DNA from: Selaginella moellendorffii | Taxonomy: Eukaryota; Plantae; Lycopodiophyta | NCBI RefSeq assembly: GCF_000143415.4 | Contig: NW_003314335.1 | Coordinates: 402,113-466,112 of the forward strand | DNA: 64,000 bases | Reading direction: 5' to 3' | Shown: piece after piece, positions 37,394 through 50,288 of the stretch | Numbering within the stretch: position 1 is the stretch's first letter | Layout: every line of letters begins with the position of its first letter | The notes under the pieces: generated by a model | The model's database searches: none | What the model was told of the DNA's origin: nothing | Seen by the model: the letters and a program-made list of their open reading frames with translations, nothing else | Translations under genes and position numbers: made by a program

Positions 37394-37479
37394 TCTGCAA
37401 CCCCTTGCAGTCGAGGAAAAACATTATCTTACAACTTGCTTTCCTGCTTTTGTATACTCTTGCATCTTGCTCTTCTAGT

Positions 37480-40470
37480 ATGGCGCTTCTCGGAGGCATA
37501 GCTGGAGCCTTGTTCCAGGATAAAGGCTCGTCTAAGATCGTCTATAAAGGCGCTGTCCTCGTCCGGAAAACTAATGTCCTCGATGTCACCAACGTTGGAG
37601 CTTCGGTGGTGGACAATACCGCAGATCTCCTTGGTCTTGGAGTGACACTGCAATTGATCAGTAAGTAAATGTTTGTCGCTGCCAAGAACATCCTCACCTT
37701 TGAGTATTGTACAGGTGCCAAGACAGGAAAGAAGAGCAATCCCGCAAACCTTGAGAAGTGGCTGTTTTCTGGAGGATTATTTGCTACGGACGATGTCAAA
37801 TACACTGTGAAGTTTTCAGTAGATCCGGATTTCGGACTGCCTGGAGCATTTAGCATCACGAATAGTCATCCAAGTGAATTTTACCTTGTCTCTTTGACTG
37901 TCGAGATGCCTGGAGGGGGGAAGATCGTTGAGTTTCCTTGCTATTCCTGGGTTTACAATTCGTCCCTCTACAGAACAGAGCGTCTGTTCTTCAGTAACCA
38001 GGTAGGCTCTGCGTGGTAAAGATCTCTGACTGTAGTATCCTTACGAATTCTTTCAGCTCTACCTGCCAAACGAGACACCAACGGGCCTGACAAATGCTCG
38101 GAAGAGTGACTTGAAAGCCCTGCAAGGAGACGGAACGGGAATTAGACAAGACTGGGATCGGATTTACGACTACGATACTTACAACGATCTGGGAAATCCA
38201 CTCCTCAACATGAAACGACCAACATTGGGCGGATCGACCGATCTTCCTTATCCCCGCAGGTGTCGCACCGGTCGAATTAACATCAACGGAGGTCTGAATA
38301 AGAAAAAAAAAAACAAAACAAAACAAAAGACACTGATTAGTGATGTGTGCTGTGCAACAGTTGAAACTCTCACCTTGACCCCGCTAAATAAATTCTACAT
38401 ACCAAGCGACGAACGATTTGGCTCCGTGAAGAACAGTGGCTTCCTGGCCGACGGTCTCAAGGCACTGACTCACAGCGTTCTTCCAGCTCTGGAAAGCATC
38501 ATCACGTTTGACCAGACGTTTGATTCGCTCAAGGAGATAAAGGACCTGTATGACCATGGATTTGATATATCCGAGCTTGTCACCTCACCAGTAAGGGGGA
38601 TGCAAACGCCACTCGAGTTCTTCAACGAGTTCACTGCAGACACCGGCAACACCAGCTACATGAAGTACCCACTTCCGCAGATCTTAAAAGGTAATGCTCT
38701 TCAAATGCAAACTTGAAAAACATGCATCTAACATCAGGCAACTACAGTGAATGAGAAGGGATGGATGACGGACGAAGAATTTGCAAGACAGATGCTGTGT
38801 GGAGTGAATCCTATGATGATTCAGTGTCTAAAGGTAAGTTCATGATACTCACAGCCATTAGCCAACTCTTGAGTTCAGGAATTTCCACCCATGAGCACTC
38901 TGGATCCTAAAAAATACGGACCATCAAAGTCAGCTATCACCGAGGAACACATCGGCAGTCGGCTAGAAGGGTCAACCGTACAACAGGTTCGTTAATTCTT
39001 ACGTACGAGTTCTAAGTTGACTCTCTAACCACGCAAATGCAAATGCAGGCAGTGAGTGACAAGAAACTGTTTATTCTCAGCTATCACGATGAGTTCATGC
39101 CTTACCTCGACAAGATCAACTCCCAGAGATCATCTTACGCTTACGCATCCCGAGTTCTCCTGTTTTTGAAGTCGGATGGAACTCTACGGCCCGTAGCCAT
39201 CGAGCTCAGCACACCGTATTCTCAGAGAGTCTTCGTCCCACCGGCAGCTGGAACAACCGATTGGCTCTGGGAGCTCGCGAAAGCACACGCCGCCACGAAC
39301 GATTCTGGATATCACCAGCTTGTCAGTCACTGGTAAGCCAAACATTTAGAGAAGAAACAAACAAACAAGCCTCTCGTATCTGTTGTGAAGGCTAAGGACA
39401 CATGCTTGCATCGAGCCCTTCATCATCGCGACCCACAGGCAGCTGAGCAAGCTTCATCCTCTAAACCCGTTTCTGCAGCCACACTTCAAGCACACCATGT
39501 CAATCAACTCGCAAGCGCGGCAAAGCCTCATCAATGCAGCTGGAATCATCGAGCTAACTTTCACTCCAGGAAACTACTGCATGGAGATGAGCGCCGTGGT
39601 TTACAAAGGCTGGAGATTCGACGAACAAGGCCTACCAGCAGATCTCATCAAAAGGTAACACAAACAAAACAAAAGAAATGCTGGCACTGACACCACTCAT
39701 TAAAACTCGGTTCCAGAGGGATGGCTGTCCCAGACTCCACAGCAAAGCACGGACTCAAGCTTGCGATCGAGGACTATCCATATGCCGCAGATGGTCTTGA
39801 AATCTGGGACGCTCTGGAAAAATGGACGTCCAGTTACCTCGACGCTTGCTACAAAGACGACGAAGCAGTAGCAAACGATGCAGAGCTCCAGGCCTGGTGG
39901 AACGAAGTAATCAAGAAAGGCCATGCAGACAAGAAGGACGAGCCATGGTGGATCAAGCTGGACAGCAAGAAAAACCTGGCTCTAGCGCTCACCACTATAA
40001 TCTGGGTAGCGTCGGCCCATCACGCAGCCGTGAACTTTGGCCAGTATGCATACGCTGGCTACATGCCCAACCATCCCACCGCCACTCACAAGGCAATCCC
40101 GGCTGAGAACTCGGACGAACACAAGAAGCTGCTGGCAAACCCTGAGAAATTCTTCCTCGAGTCGGTCTCGAGGAAGCTGGAAGCGATCCTCGTCATGCTC
40201 ACGCTCGAGATCCTATCCACTCACGCGTCGGACGAGGAGTACCTGGGGCAGCGTGCCATCGCGAACTGGACGGATAATCCCAAGGCCAAGGCCGCCTTCC
40301 AGAATTTCACCGCCGCGATGAAGAATGTGGAGGGCATCGTGGCGCGCCGCAACGCCGATCCATCGCTCAAGAACAGATTGGGGCCCGTGCAGGTCGCATA
40401 CACGCTGCTCTCGCCGGCATCGGAGAAAGGGATCACTGGCAAAGGCGTGCCCAACAGCATTTCCATCTGA
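37480..40470 (+). CDS. LOX: Lipoxygenase copy 1 (no obvious transit peptide; TF motif, 13-LOX-like)
   Basis: PLAT domain, [45 protein letters not shown]-terminal GVPNSISI. Confidence 0.96.
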
Positions 40471-40588
40471 GCTATGAGCCATAAAGAAGAGGAAAGGTCG
40501 ATAATAAGCGTTTAACCAAAATATTGAGTATATATTGTTTTAAATATATTTATAATTAATAAATATATTAATCTTAGAATAAAATAAT

Positions 40589-40806
40589 GTGCTTTGAATG
40601 TCAAAGTGAATATATTCAATCAATTGTAGGTAAATTGGCAAGAGTGATTATGATTCTTTTAAAGTAGTTAAATGCCTCATCATCTAATTAGTGACATGTA
40701 TGAATAGATTAATTAGATTCCTAATGTCCCTATTTACTATCTAGTGAAACCACAACCAAGGGAATGAACTTGGAAAAATCAGTGGGAAAGAAGACCTTAT
40801 TGAGCT
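40589..40806 (+). pseudogene. Degenerate 25S/28S rRNA fragment including the R2 target site
   Basis: gtgctttgaatgtcaaagtgaa...aaatgcctcatcatctaattagtgac...gaaaccacaaccaagggaa...gaaagaagacc..ttgagct aligns with the conserved LSU segment GTGCTCTGAATGTCAAAGTGAAG...TTAAGGTAGCCAAATGCCTCGTCATCTAATTAGTGAC...GTTGAGCT (reference recalled from memory). Confidence 0.9.
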
Positions 40807-40809
40807 AAG

Positions 40810-42350
40810 AATGGGAATTTTTATATTTAACCTCTAAAATACCATTTCAACATGCTTGAAATTGGGAAAGAGTATGGGGACTAGTGACAAAGGGAAGGAT
40901 CAATGGAATGAGAGTTTAGTTATGTGTAGTTTAAATCCACACCATTTACTCTATGAATGCATGCTCCCAATCCTTAGTGGTTGTGAATTCTAGATCTTAT
41001 CAATGGTCCCCAACCTTGTCTTTCCTATGTGATTGTGCCTATTAATGTGAAGGACTTGAGTCAGTTGTGAAATTGGCATTTATTTCTCAAAAATATAAAA
41101 AGTCCTTAAACAGTCTTGAATCCCACGATGTGGTGAACTAAAGAGTGTACATTATTTGGTAATAGTGACACTATTGCTGCCTAGAAGCCTTCTCCTTGAT
41201 GCTATGTGGTTAATTTCTTCCAATTGGTGTTGTCATCTTTGTCAACATGGTTTTTATGTTATTGAAATGTGTATTGAACAATAAATTTATATGCCTTCAT
41301 CATTATTTGAGATTAGTAAAGAATGTTGAAGATCACTACAAATACTTTTTCTTTACTATCACTCTTATTCAGCCTTTATAAAACTATAGTGTCTAGTTTC
41401 TATATGATTGAAAGCAGAAAAGAGCATTATTATATATGGGCAGGGAGGTAAGTCAATATCCATTATAGCCCAAGTGGTTTAAGTTTTCAATGAAGAGTTT
41501 GATGGACTTAGGGAAGTACACATTTTATTGTTCTTAGACAAGTGCTGCCAAAGCTGTAGTGGTGGTTTCAATGTCCATTCATCTTCACTAGCCTCATTTT
41601 CATGCTAAAGAAGGGCTATAAAGCTTGTTCCTTGGTAATCTTTCCTTCATCTCCTCTCTTTATAAGTGTGTCAAGTTAGGATGCTAATGAGATAATCAAT
41701 TGAGACCAAACTTTTGAGATTGTTGCTTGAGCTGAGGGGTTTTTGTTATTGAACATCCTAGCACAGGGAGCCTTTCAAATCTCCACAAAAGTACATCCTT
41801 TAAAGACATCAAATAACTTTTGGTACAGATGCATGATGTGTGTGCTTATTTAGTTGAGTTGATCAAAGGATTCTCACTAAGTCTCCATTTCTAAGCATCC
41901 AAGTGTTTTATCTTTCCTTGGATGAAGCAACCCAAAATGCTGATTTATAGATTATAATTGCACCATCTTGAGAGGATTGTTTGAGAATTACCATGAAGCC
42001 TTCCCACACATCTTATGCTACTGAACATTCCATAGGATATGGCATTGTGTTTTCATTGCTCCACAAAGTCTGCAAGTTGTGTTTAAGAGGTGGATTGCCA
42101 AGAGTGAGAGGAGGCACTCCTACTGGGTGGGCCACATAAAGTATTGGGTCTTGGTAGATTAGTGACCTTTCCAGATTTTATTCACACATTGTAAGTAGTT
42201 CTGGGAGTGAATATGTTGTACTCTCACTTGATAAATGTGGATTGCACTAGGGTACAAGCTACTCCTCATCTGAGTTTAGTCTTGTATTAAAAGAAGCCTT
42301 TGCATATGTCCCTCAATTGCCACTTTGCGAGATCCCATTTCAGTTTATTT
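40810..42350 (-). mobile_element. Heavily decayed R2-like (restriction-like endonuclease) non-LTR retrotransposon
   Basis: Motif remnants in R2 order on minus strand, across frameshifts: (YA)..QKLF, KLKP....ILTYLP, DEGI.I, WKKL...QGEGF, RG...E.NA.ISQ..TQ.LHINRHNHI, GGGFKLHI (KPDI-like); RT core not seen. Confidence 0.45.
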
Positions 42351-43359
42351 GATATCTATTAGCGAAACTAGTAAAGTCGAGTGTATTGTCTCTCTAATAC
42401 AGCTAGGTCTACACTTGTTGTCTTTTTCTCCATTTAAATAAATTCAATAATCATTAGCTCTATCTGGCTAGTGAAATGATGAAAGTATCAACCATACTCT
42501 CAAACTGACCTCTAAAAAGGATATGTAAATAGCTATGTTAGGGTCATAAGTTGAGTACATCCAATTGCTTTAAACCAACTAGCACAAAGTGCCATTTCAC
42601 ACTATTTCTTATAACATTTTACTAACCATCTATTCTTGAGCTTGGATGATTGTGTCCCAAATACAATCATTCAAGATGGTGTCTACCATACCACTAGTAG
42701 CTTTTGCAATAATGCAGTTACCACACTACTAACAACCTTTGTAGTCGGCACATCTACCTTTGTTAGGCACCAACTTTGACCACATGGTCAACATCGGTCA
42801 AAGGGAGGCTCAAGGGTATATTAAAACATGTTAAGGTAAAAGACTTAACCTTCATAGTGGAGTGGTAGCATAGTGGAGCTTTTGAGGTAGCTCAAAGGTA
42901 GTTGGGTGGTGAGGAACCTCAAGAGGAGGCATAACATAATCTAAGAAGGTTCTCTATCTTTTTGCACTGAATCATAACATTGGTATTAAAGCTTAATTCA
43001 ATTCTTGTGGTTAACAAGTGGGGTAAGAATATTCTACAAGAATATTCAACATGGTGGATCTAGAGGAACGTAGTGGATCTAAAGGGAGAACCAAGGTTTG
43101 GTAGACCCTAAGAGAAAGACCATGGTGACTGGATGGTGGCCTAAATATGATCACGGATGATCATTCCTTAGTGAGGGAAGGATTGTTAGGTATTAGATCA
43201 GGATAATAGGATAAAAAAAGGGCCTCATAATCAAATGATTACCCCTTTAGCCAATTAGATTAGGGTGTAAGGGATAAAATCCTAACAATCCCGCCATAAG
43301 TAGCTTCAAAAGCTAAAAGGGCAATTCCCCCAATACCACTATATCCTCATGAGCATCAG

Positions 43360-43959
43360 TGTAATGCATGTGATCATGGGATGAGATTTGGATATACTAT
43401 CACCATGGATTCTTGGAATTTTGGGAGATAAATGGGGATAAAATAACCACTAAGGGAGCAATTACCTCTTTTCCAGTTGATTTAAGGAGAGAGAGATAAG
43501 GTGCACTATAGTTGGTATCAAAGTAAATGACACAAGTTCGATTCCCATTGATTAGTGGCTACTTAAAAATATAATATACCCTTGAGTAAGGTATATTCCT
43601 ACCCCTAAATTTAAAATTGTACATATTGGGTATCCATACATACATCCTTCCTCACCGTGGGACTGCAGTACAGGTGGATGACTAGTTGCCTCACATGGAA
43701 TAGCTAATTTACACAATGGAAGGATTGATAGATTCAGTGCGGAAATGAATACATGTCAATGTCAATGTCCTCAATAGTCAATGAGGACATTGACATCTCT
43801 GAGAGGAGGGGGGGTGAGTGTAATGCATGTGATCATGAGATGAGATTTGCTTAGAACCTTAGGGGATAAATAGGGATAAAATAGCTACTAAGGGCTCTCT
43901 CATCCAGCAATTGCCCTTTTTTCAATTAGCTTAAGGGGAGAGAGATAAGATGCGCTACA
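43360..43959 (+). mobile_element. Second TRIM family (600 bp)
   Basis: Direct repeats 43360-43510 and 43819-43959 (tgtaatgcatgtgatcatg...gagagagataag.tgc.cta.a), PBS TGGTATCA, PPT GAGAGGAGGGGGGGTGAG, flanks ATCAG/ATTAA. Confidence 0.85.
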
Positions 43960-44699
43960 ATTAATCCTAATAGACACAACTTCCCCACCACCACTAGTAT
44001 TAGTAAATACCTCGCCACCAATAAATATAGCCTCAACAACAGTAGCATCAAAACTAACATGAGCTTTTACCTTAGCATCCACCTCATTATTATGCTCTTT
44101 ATGGCCTTCTTTAGTATGACTAATAGCAACTTCATTGGTTACTTGAGATGAATCTCCACTCAATTAAGGTTGTTTTTTCCTAGAGACTAGGACTATTGAG
44201 GCTCGCCTTGACACTTCCTCTAAAATAAAAAACAAAATATTAAAATATCTAACTTATAAAGCAAAATTTACTTATGGCATTATAAGTTTAAGTCCCTTCT
44301 TGGTCAAACTTAATTTATATATGCTCTCACAAGAAAAGTTTGTAAATAAAAAAGTGTAAAATCGATTGTAAACTACAAGAAATGCAAAGAAAAATAATGA
44401 AAGTCACTGAGAAAAGTTGGTTTGCCAACTTTATTCTACCTCTCTAAAATTCAGAAAACAAAAATTCTTAAGACCGAGAAGGAAAAAAAAAACTATAATA
44501 ACATAGAAGAGGTCAATTTGGGCAAGAATCGACATCTTTCACCCTTCGGCTTTTACAAGAAAATCGCTATCAAATCCTTAAAATCAAGAAAAATATATCA
44601 TAACATTTTTTAAGATGATGATTTCATAAGAACTGATGTTTTTGTCTCTCCCTATTTTTTAAATTATAAAAACCTCACCCTTAGCAGTAAGAAAAAAAC

Positions 44700-47200
44700 C
44701 AAGAAAGCTTGCCTCTGAGAAAAATGAAGTTAGGGAAATGTTAGCTGCAAACAACATTCTATTCAAAGCAATGTAGTTTTTAGCATCATACTAGAATAAT
44801 ATCTTAATATCTAAAGCATTGAATGATGATGTCCTAAGGCATTATTGACATGTGCAATGCAACACGTTGAGAAGATAACTTCTTACTTGCCTATAATTTA
44901 AGTTAGTCCCTTAATTTTGTTATTATTTTGTGATTTTGAAGATCAAAGTTGTATTGCCATCCAACTTAAAATTCAAACTAGCAAAAAACTTTTAAGGAGA
45001 GTCTTACTATAAAAGTACTTATGGAAAGGGGGTTTGCTTGTGAGCTAAATCCTAAAAGCACTCTTAGAAGTGTCATCTAGAACCATTTATTTAGTGGTAT
45101 TCACATCCATTCACAAGTACCTACCATCCTTTGTTTCCATAAAAAAAAGCCAAAGTTGTGCTTTTTTCTTAACATTTTTTACTTCACTTTTATTGCAAGT
45201 TTTACTTTCAACCATAAAAAGCTTTTTATGATAAAAAATCTTCAATATGAGAGTAAAGATATAATATTGCTTCAATTGCTAAAATGTCACCCCAAGCATA
45301 AATAACAGCATGTTTCAACATATTACAGAGAAGATCAGTTAGAAGAGTAATTATCTCTAAGAAATCCTTCATAAATCATCAAAAAAACTCCAATCATATT
45401 ACAAAAAACTATGGAGATCATGTATTATCAAAGGCAAAGGTTAGTCACTCATAACTTGGAATTTTTCAGGATCAAGCCACACATCATACACTGAAATCAA
45501 ATGTTTAAGATATCCAATCTCTAAGAAAAACTTGCATTTAAATAACTTCAAATAAAATTTATTATCCATACATAACTCTTTGCATATATATTTTATGTTC
45601 CTCCATTGTAGAGTTGAATATTAGGATATTATCATGCAATCTTCCTTAAGTAAGGTTATAAAACTTAATTTGTCAACCTTTGAAAAGTTGTAAAAGCATT
45701 TATCAAACCAAATGGCATCACTAAAAGTTTATGTTAACCCACTTTCACCATTTGCAAAACATTCTCTAACTTAAAATAAATATGATGATGCCCTTGCCTC
45801 AACTTTATAAATACTGAGTATTACAAAGACAATTAAGTAAATTATCGATATGAGGGACTGATAATATATTCTTTACAATTTTATTGTTTAATCCTTTATA
45901 TTTATGAAGAGATCTTATATATCATCTTTTTAATTAATTATCACTATTGGAGCAACCCAAGGAGACTTATTTATCCATAACTACCTTTTTTAAAGGTACT
46001 TAGTAAACTATCTATTGATTTCCTCATCTTTAGTGGAACTAGTATGAGTCAATAGTTGATTGTAGCTCCAGGAATTAAGTCAATCTCAAAATCCCATATT
46101 CTAGAAGTAAACTATCAAGCAACTCATCTAAAATATATCACAAAACTCCTCTTGAATGTAATTCATATGAAATGTATTCCAAATAAGGTGTTTGTAAGAT
46201 TAATATAAAGATCACAAAACTTACAAGCATACTATCTAAAGAGAAAGTCCCCTATCCAATCTCTAGGAATTAGTTCACAAGAGTAACTTCTTCAAAATTC
46301 TTTAAAAATGAAGCACAGAAAGCCTTTATCAAATTACTTCAAGAATTTAATTTTAGATTAACTTTGATGAGTCATAAAAAATTTAATTTTGATATTATCT
46401 TTATAAAGGTTATAAGATTACCAACTTTTCTACAACTTCAACTAGCAATCAGCCTTTTTATTGCCATAATCATTTGATGATGACTATCATTTCAAGATAC
46501 CATAATCCTTGATTTACAATACTATAATCCAATAGTAATTACAGACATGAAATTGATTCAAACTTTGAAATTTTATATGAAGCAAGAAATTTTTTAATGA
46601 GATTGATGGAATCTTTCACCTCCTTCATATCATTATGAATCTTAGTAATGTAGTGTCCTTTCCTCATGACAACATCATTAAAGCTAAGTTATATATGTGG
46701 TGTCCCTAATCAAGATCTTAGAATTTTTATTAGATCTTACCATTATTTGAATAGGGTGTAATATGAATTAAAGGATGAGATAATGACCTTGATGAATGAA
46801 GGAAAGTTACACTCCTCTATAGCTTTGAGTAGTTTTGTTATTTCTTCTCCTATCAATAATACACTTATTTGAATATGGCAATTCAACAATGTGTTTAGTG
46901 GGTTTTTAAGTCAGGAAATTCCACTCAAGGTTAGTTTATTGGAGATATGTACATCAAAGAATGGAATTTGCATTGGTGGCATTTATTCTACACTTCTTTG
47001 AAAGTTGTTGATTCAAGTCATTAGAAAAACTATTTTCAAGTTTTTGTGTCCACAATCGATTTCTTTTGTGATTTATTAGATGATAATCTCAATACAAATC
47101 CTCTATGAAGTTTTTGTAATATTCTATAACTTTATGGCAAAATAAGTGGCCATCTCTTTGTAGCAATTAGCTACAATAGAGAAGTTTGGATATCACTACT
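44700..47200 (-). mobile_element. Decayed Ty3/gypsy pol region; boundaries approximate
   Basis: VMPFGLINAFTTFQRL at ~45680-45725 (minus), followed by weak YVDD- and YLGH-like remnants. Confidence 0.55.
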
Positions 47201-47499
47201 CAACTTGAATCAAGATATTAAAGAAATTTTTAAAAGCAATTGTAAAGAAGTATATTATGTGGGAAAAAGGAAAGAGATTTAAGATTGCATAATTTCCTAA
47301 ATTATATTGGAGTTATCAATTGCACACACACCTAAATAGAGCTTCCAGGTGAGGAGATTACAAATAACAATTCAACATACAAGTATAAGTTATTGTTGAT
47401 AATGAATCTTATTTTCTAAACTTGAGAGCTAGATATCTAGGATTTGCAAGTGATTAGAGGGTTTAGGCCACAAATAACTTCAAGTCATAGGTTACTCTT

Positions 47500-49700
47500 G
47501 GTGAAAGACTAAATGATCCTATTTACTGTACAAGATTTGGAAATTATCCCTAAGTATTTAATAGTAGACTTTGAGAAGGCTTATGACCGAGAGGATTAGC
47601 ATTGCTTAAGTAATGATCAAACAGATAGCACTATTGTATAAAAGAGCAACCAGCCGAGTCATGATTAATAGGGAGACAGGACCTTCTTTTCAACTAGGCC
47701 ACTTGGTAAGGTAATGATGCCCCCTGACTCTATACTTGTTCTTAATTGTAGCTCCCAAAGACAGAAGTGGTGGCATGAGAATTGGATGGAGCTTTTGCTG
47801 ATGACATGGCACTCTTCCTATAAGCCACTATAGAGAACCTGGATAAAGCAAAGGAATGACTAAAAACTTTTAACTTGGCTGTCAGAGTGGCAATCAACTA
47901 GAACAAGTCAGTCAGGATAAACTAGGGGAACCTTGGGTTCAAATCCTGTGGACAGGCAATTGACTTCCAGTGGCTGAAACCTTGAGAGGATATGAGATAC
48001 TTGAGGATCTAGGGGTTAAGTAAAACATAACATTGTAAGATGGCATCTTGTGGACTCTGGTCTAGAAATGGGCTCCCAGGAAGCTTGGCCTCTCGACTAG
48101 GACTGTGGTGGCAAAGTCTGTCATCTTGCCAAACATATGGTACCATATCTCAATCTGGCTGCAATCTGGTATATACTTACGTTTGGCAGGGTGCACTGAT
48201 GATAGGGAGGATGATGGGCAAGGTGGCATAGCAATTCCATCCACGAGTGTTGAGAGGACTCAATTTCATTGACCCCAGTGATATGGCCAAGGCTCTAAGG
48301 TACAAGATCATTCTCATGGGACTCCAACCAAGTAGACAGCCATTTATCCATGGCACAACATGACTTGCCCATGGGCCAAAGACCCGTGTTGGTTGTTTGC
48401 TGAAGGCCCAATATAGGTTGTGAAAGGGGTCCTCTTATCCAGGGACTCCACAGGTTATGGAACTCTTTTCCCCTAGGATAGATTAGACTAAGCTGCATTG
48501 AGGATTGGCTCAACCAGCCACTTTTTTTCAATGCGCTCTTTAGGGAAGGGGATCAGACATTAGGCAGGGAGGACCACTACACCATCTGGAGAGAATTTCA
48601 TGTCGGGGGGTAGCAGCTGGTGGACATAGTAGACAGGGATATGTTCAAAACAGCAATCCAAAGTTTTGGAATGGGGAAATGATGGAAAGTGGATTAGAAC
48701 TTGTTACAACTCCTCTAGGCTGTCAACAATGCCAAAGGAGGAAGAAAATGGCTATGACAATGCGCACAAACTGGAGACTTCATAGCGATCTAATAAGAAG
48801 CACAACTAAAAGGTGAGGAATGCAAGTTAGAATCAAGGGCATTTACTGCACTGATGCTGGCGTGGACAGAGGTGGACATTGAGGTATGGTTCATTACCTC
48901 CCCAGAGAAAAACGATGGCCATCCCTTTTCGATTGTGTGGGGAGACATGCTGGTGATGGCTGGAGAGGTGTAGCACATGCCCACAGTCATGAATAATGAA
49001 GTAAAAGGCAGGATCCAAGTTTTCTAGCAATCAACCAGGATAATAGATGTAGTCGAGTCAGAGGGAGAAGGATGATGGAGGATCTTGACTGGGACCCAGC
49101 TGCTTGGAGGAGAGGCAACAATGGTTTTTCTCATATGATGTTAAGGAGGCTTGTAACAGACTCCACATGAGGGTGAAAGGGACGAAATCCCTGGAGAAAG
49201 TGGATTGATGAATGCATGGAAGCAGAACATGTCATAGACAACATGGTAACTTTCTGGAAGCTCCCAATTTAGGAGAAGGTGAAGATCACCTCATGGCTGG
49301 TGGCCAATAATAGCCTTCCAGTAGAACACCGTTTTCAGGAGGAAACCAGCCAGTGCTGCTTGACACGTTATGGGAGTGTGACTTAGTGAAGGAGGTATGG
49401 AGATAGATCCTTAAAGTGTTCAAGGACTTGGGAGTCACAGCCAATATGGAGGTATGCAGTGGAAATGTTCTTCATTGGTTTGAAGAGTCAAGGGGCTCAG
49501 CAACAGCATTGGCCTGGTGAAGAGTGCGGTGTCGGGGACAACATGGATGGGGTATCCACATACAATAGGATCTGGTGGGAGCGGAGCAGGGGGTTTTAGG
49601 CCATGACCGTTGGGCAATATGGAGGGCCACAGGAGTTGAAGAGATCTGGGAAGCACGGAACAGTCTCTGCTTTGATGGTTAGCAAGCACGAGTGTCGGCT
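47500..49700 (+). mobile_element. Decayed L1-like LINE ORF2 (RT + zf-RVT); boundaries approximate
   Basis: VDFEKAYDR (~47564), VR*.CPL..YLF (~47706), FADDM (~47795), RYL (~47995), GLNFIDP (~48256), EKVKITSWLVANNSLP (~49273). Confidence 0.8.
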
Positions 49701-50288
49701 GTAGTAACAAACTGGTGGGCAGCACTGAAGGATAGAAAGACACCAGTAGGGATGAACCACTGGAGAAGCATATGGCTCCCCTGTTTTGGGGTGGACTCTA
49801 GGGGGGAGATACACTGGAGGTGGAGACCCCCAGGGGACAAAATGCCCCCTAATTGCTCTACCTAATGATAATCCCTTGTCCTGGTTGCATGGGACTTTGG
49901 CAAGTGTACAGTTACATTTATCTACCCAGGATCCCAAGTCTGGAATTAGGGCCCAAAGGCACTTCCAGATCGACCTCACATAAACTATCAAAGGACTTGG
50001 AATTTTCCTAGGTCCCCCATTTAAGAGTTGTCATGACTCCTTATCAAGATCAATATCTATCCCCAAAAGAATTGATATTAAACAAGGTTAGGCTTTCCTA
50101 AGTCTATAAAATATTCTTAAAATATTTCTATAGCCCAGCTCTGGAGCAACATTGATAAATTTAGAAATTCAGTGGACCTCAACTTTCTGATTCAGTACCT
50201 TCATACCATTTTGGTTCATTCCTACAAGACGAAAACTACTACATCACTTTAGATTCTCAGTCCAAAAACGATTTCATAGCTAGACTTA

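Noticed and set aside
40940-41000. Tyrosine recombinase-like PLRIG motif (DIRS element)
   Set aside because: Single short motif; the surrounding ordered remnants fit an RLE non-LTR element better
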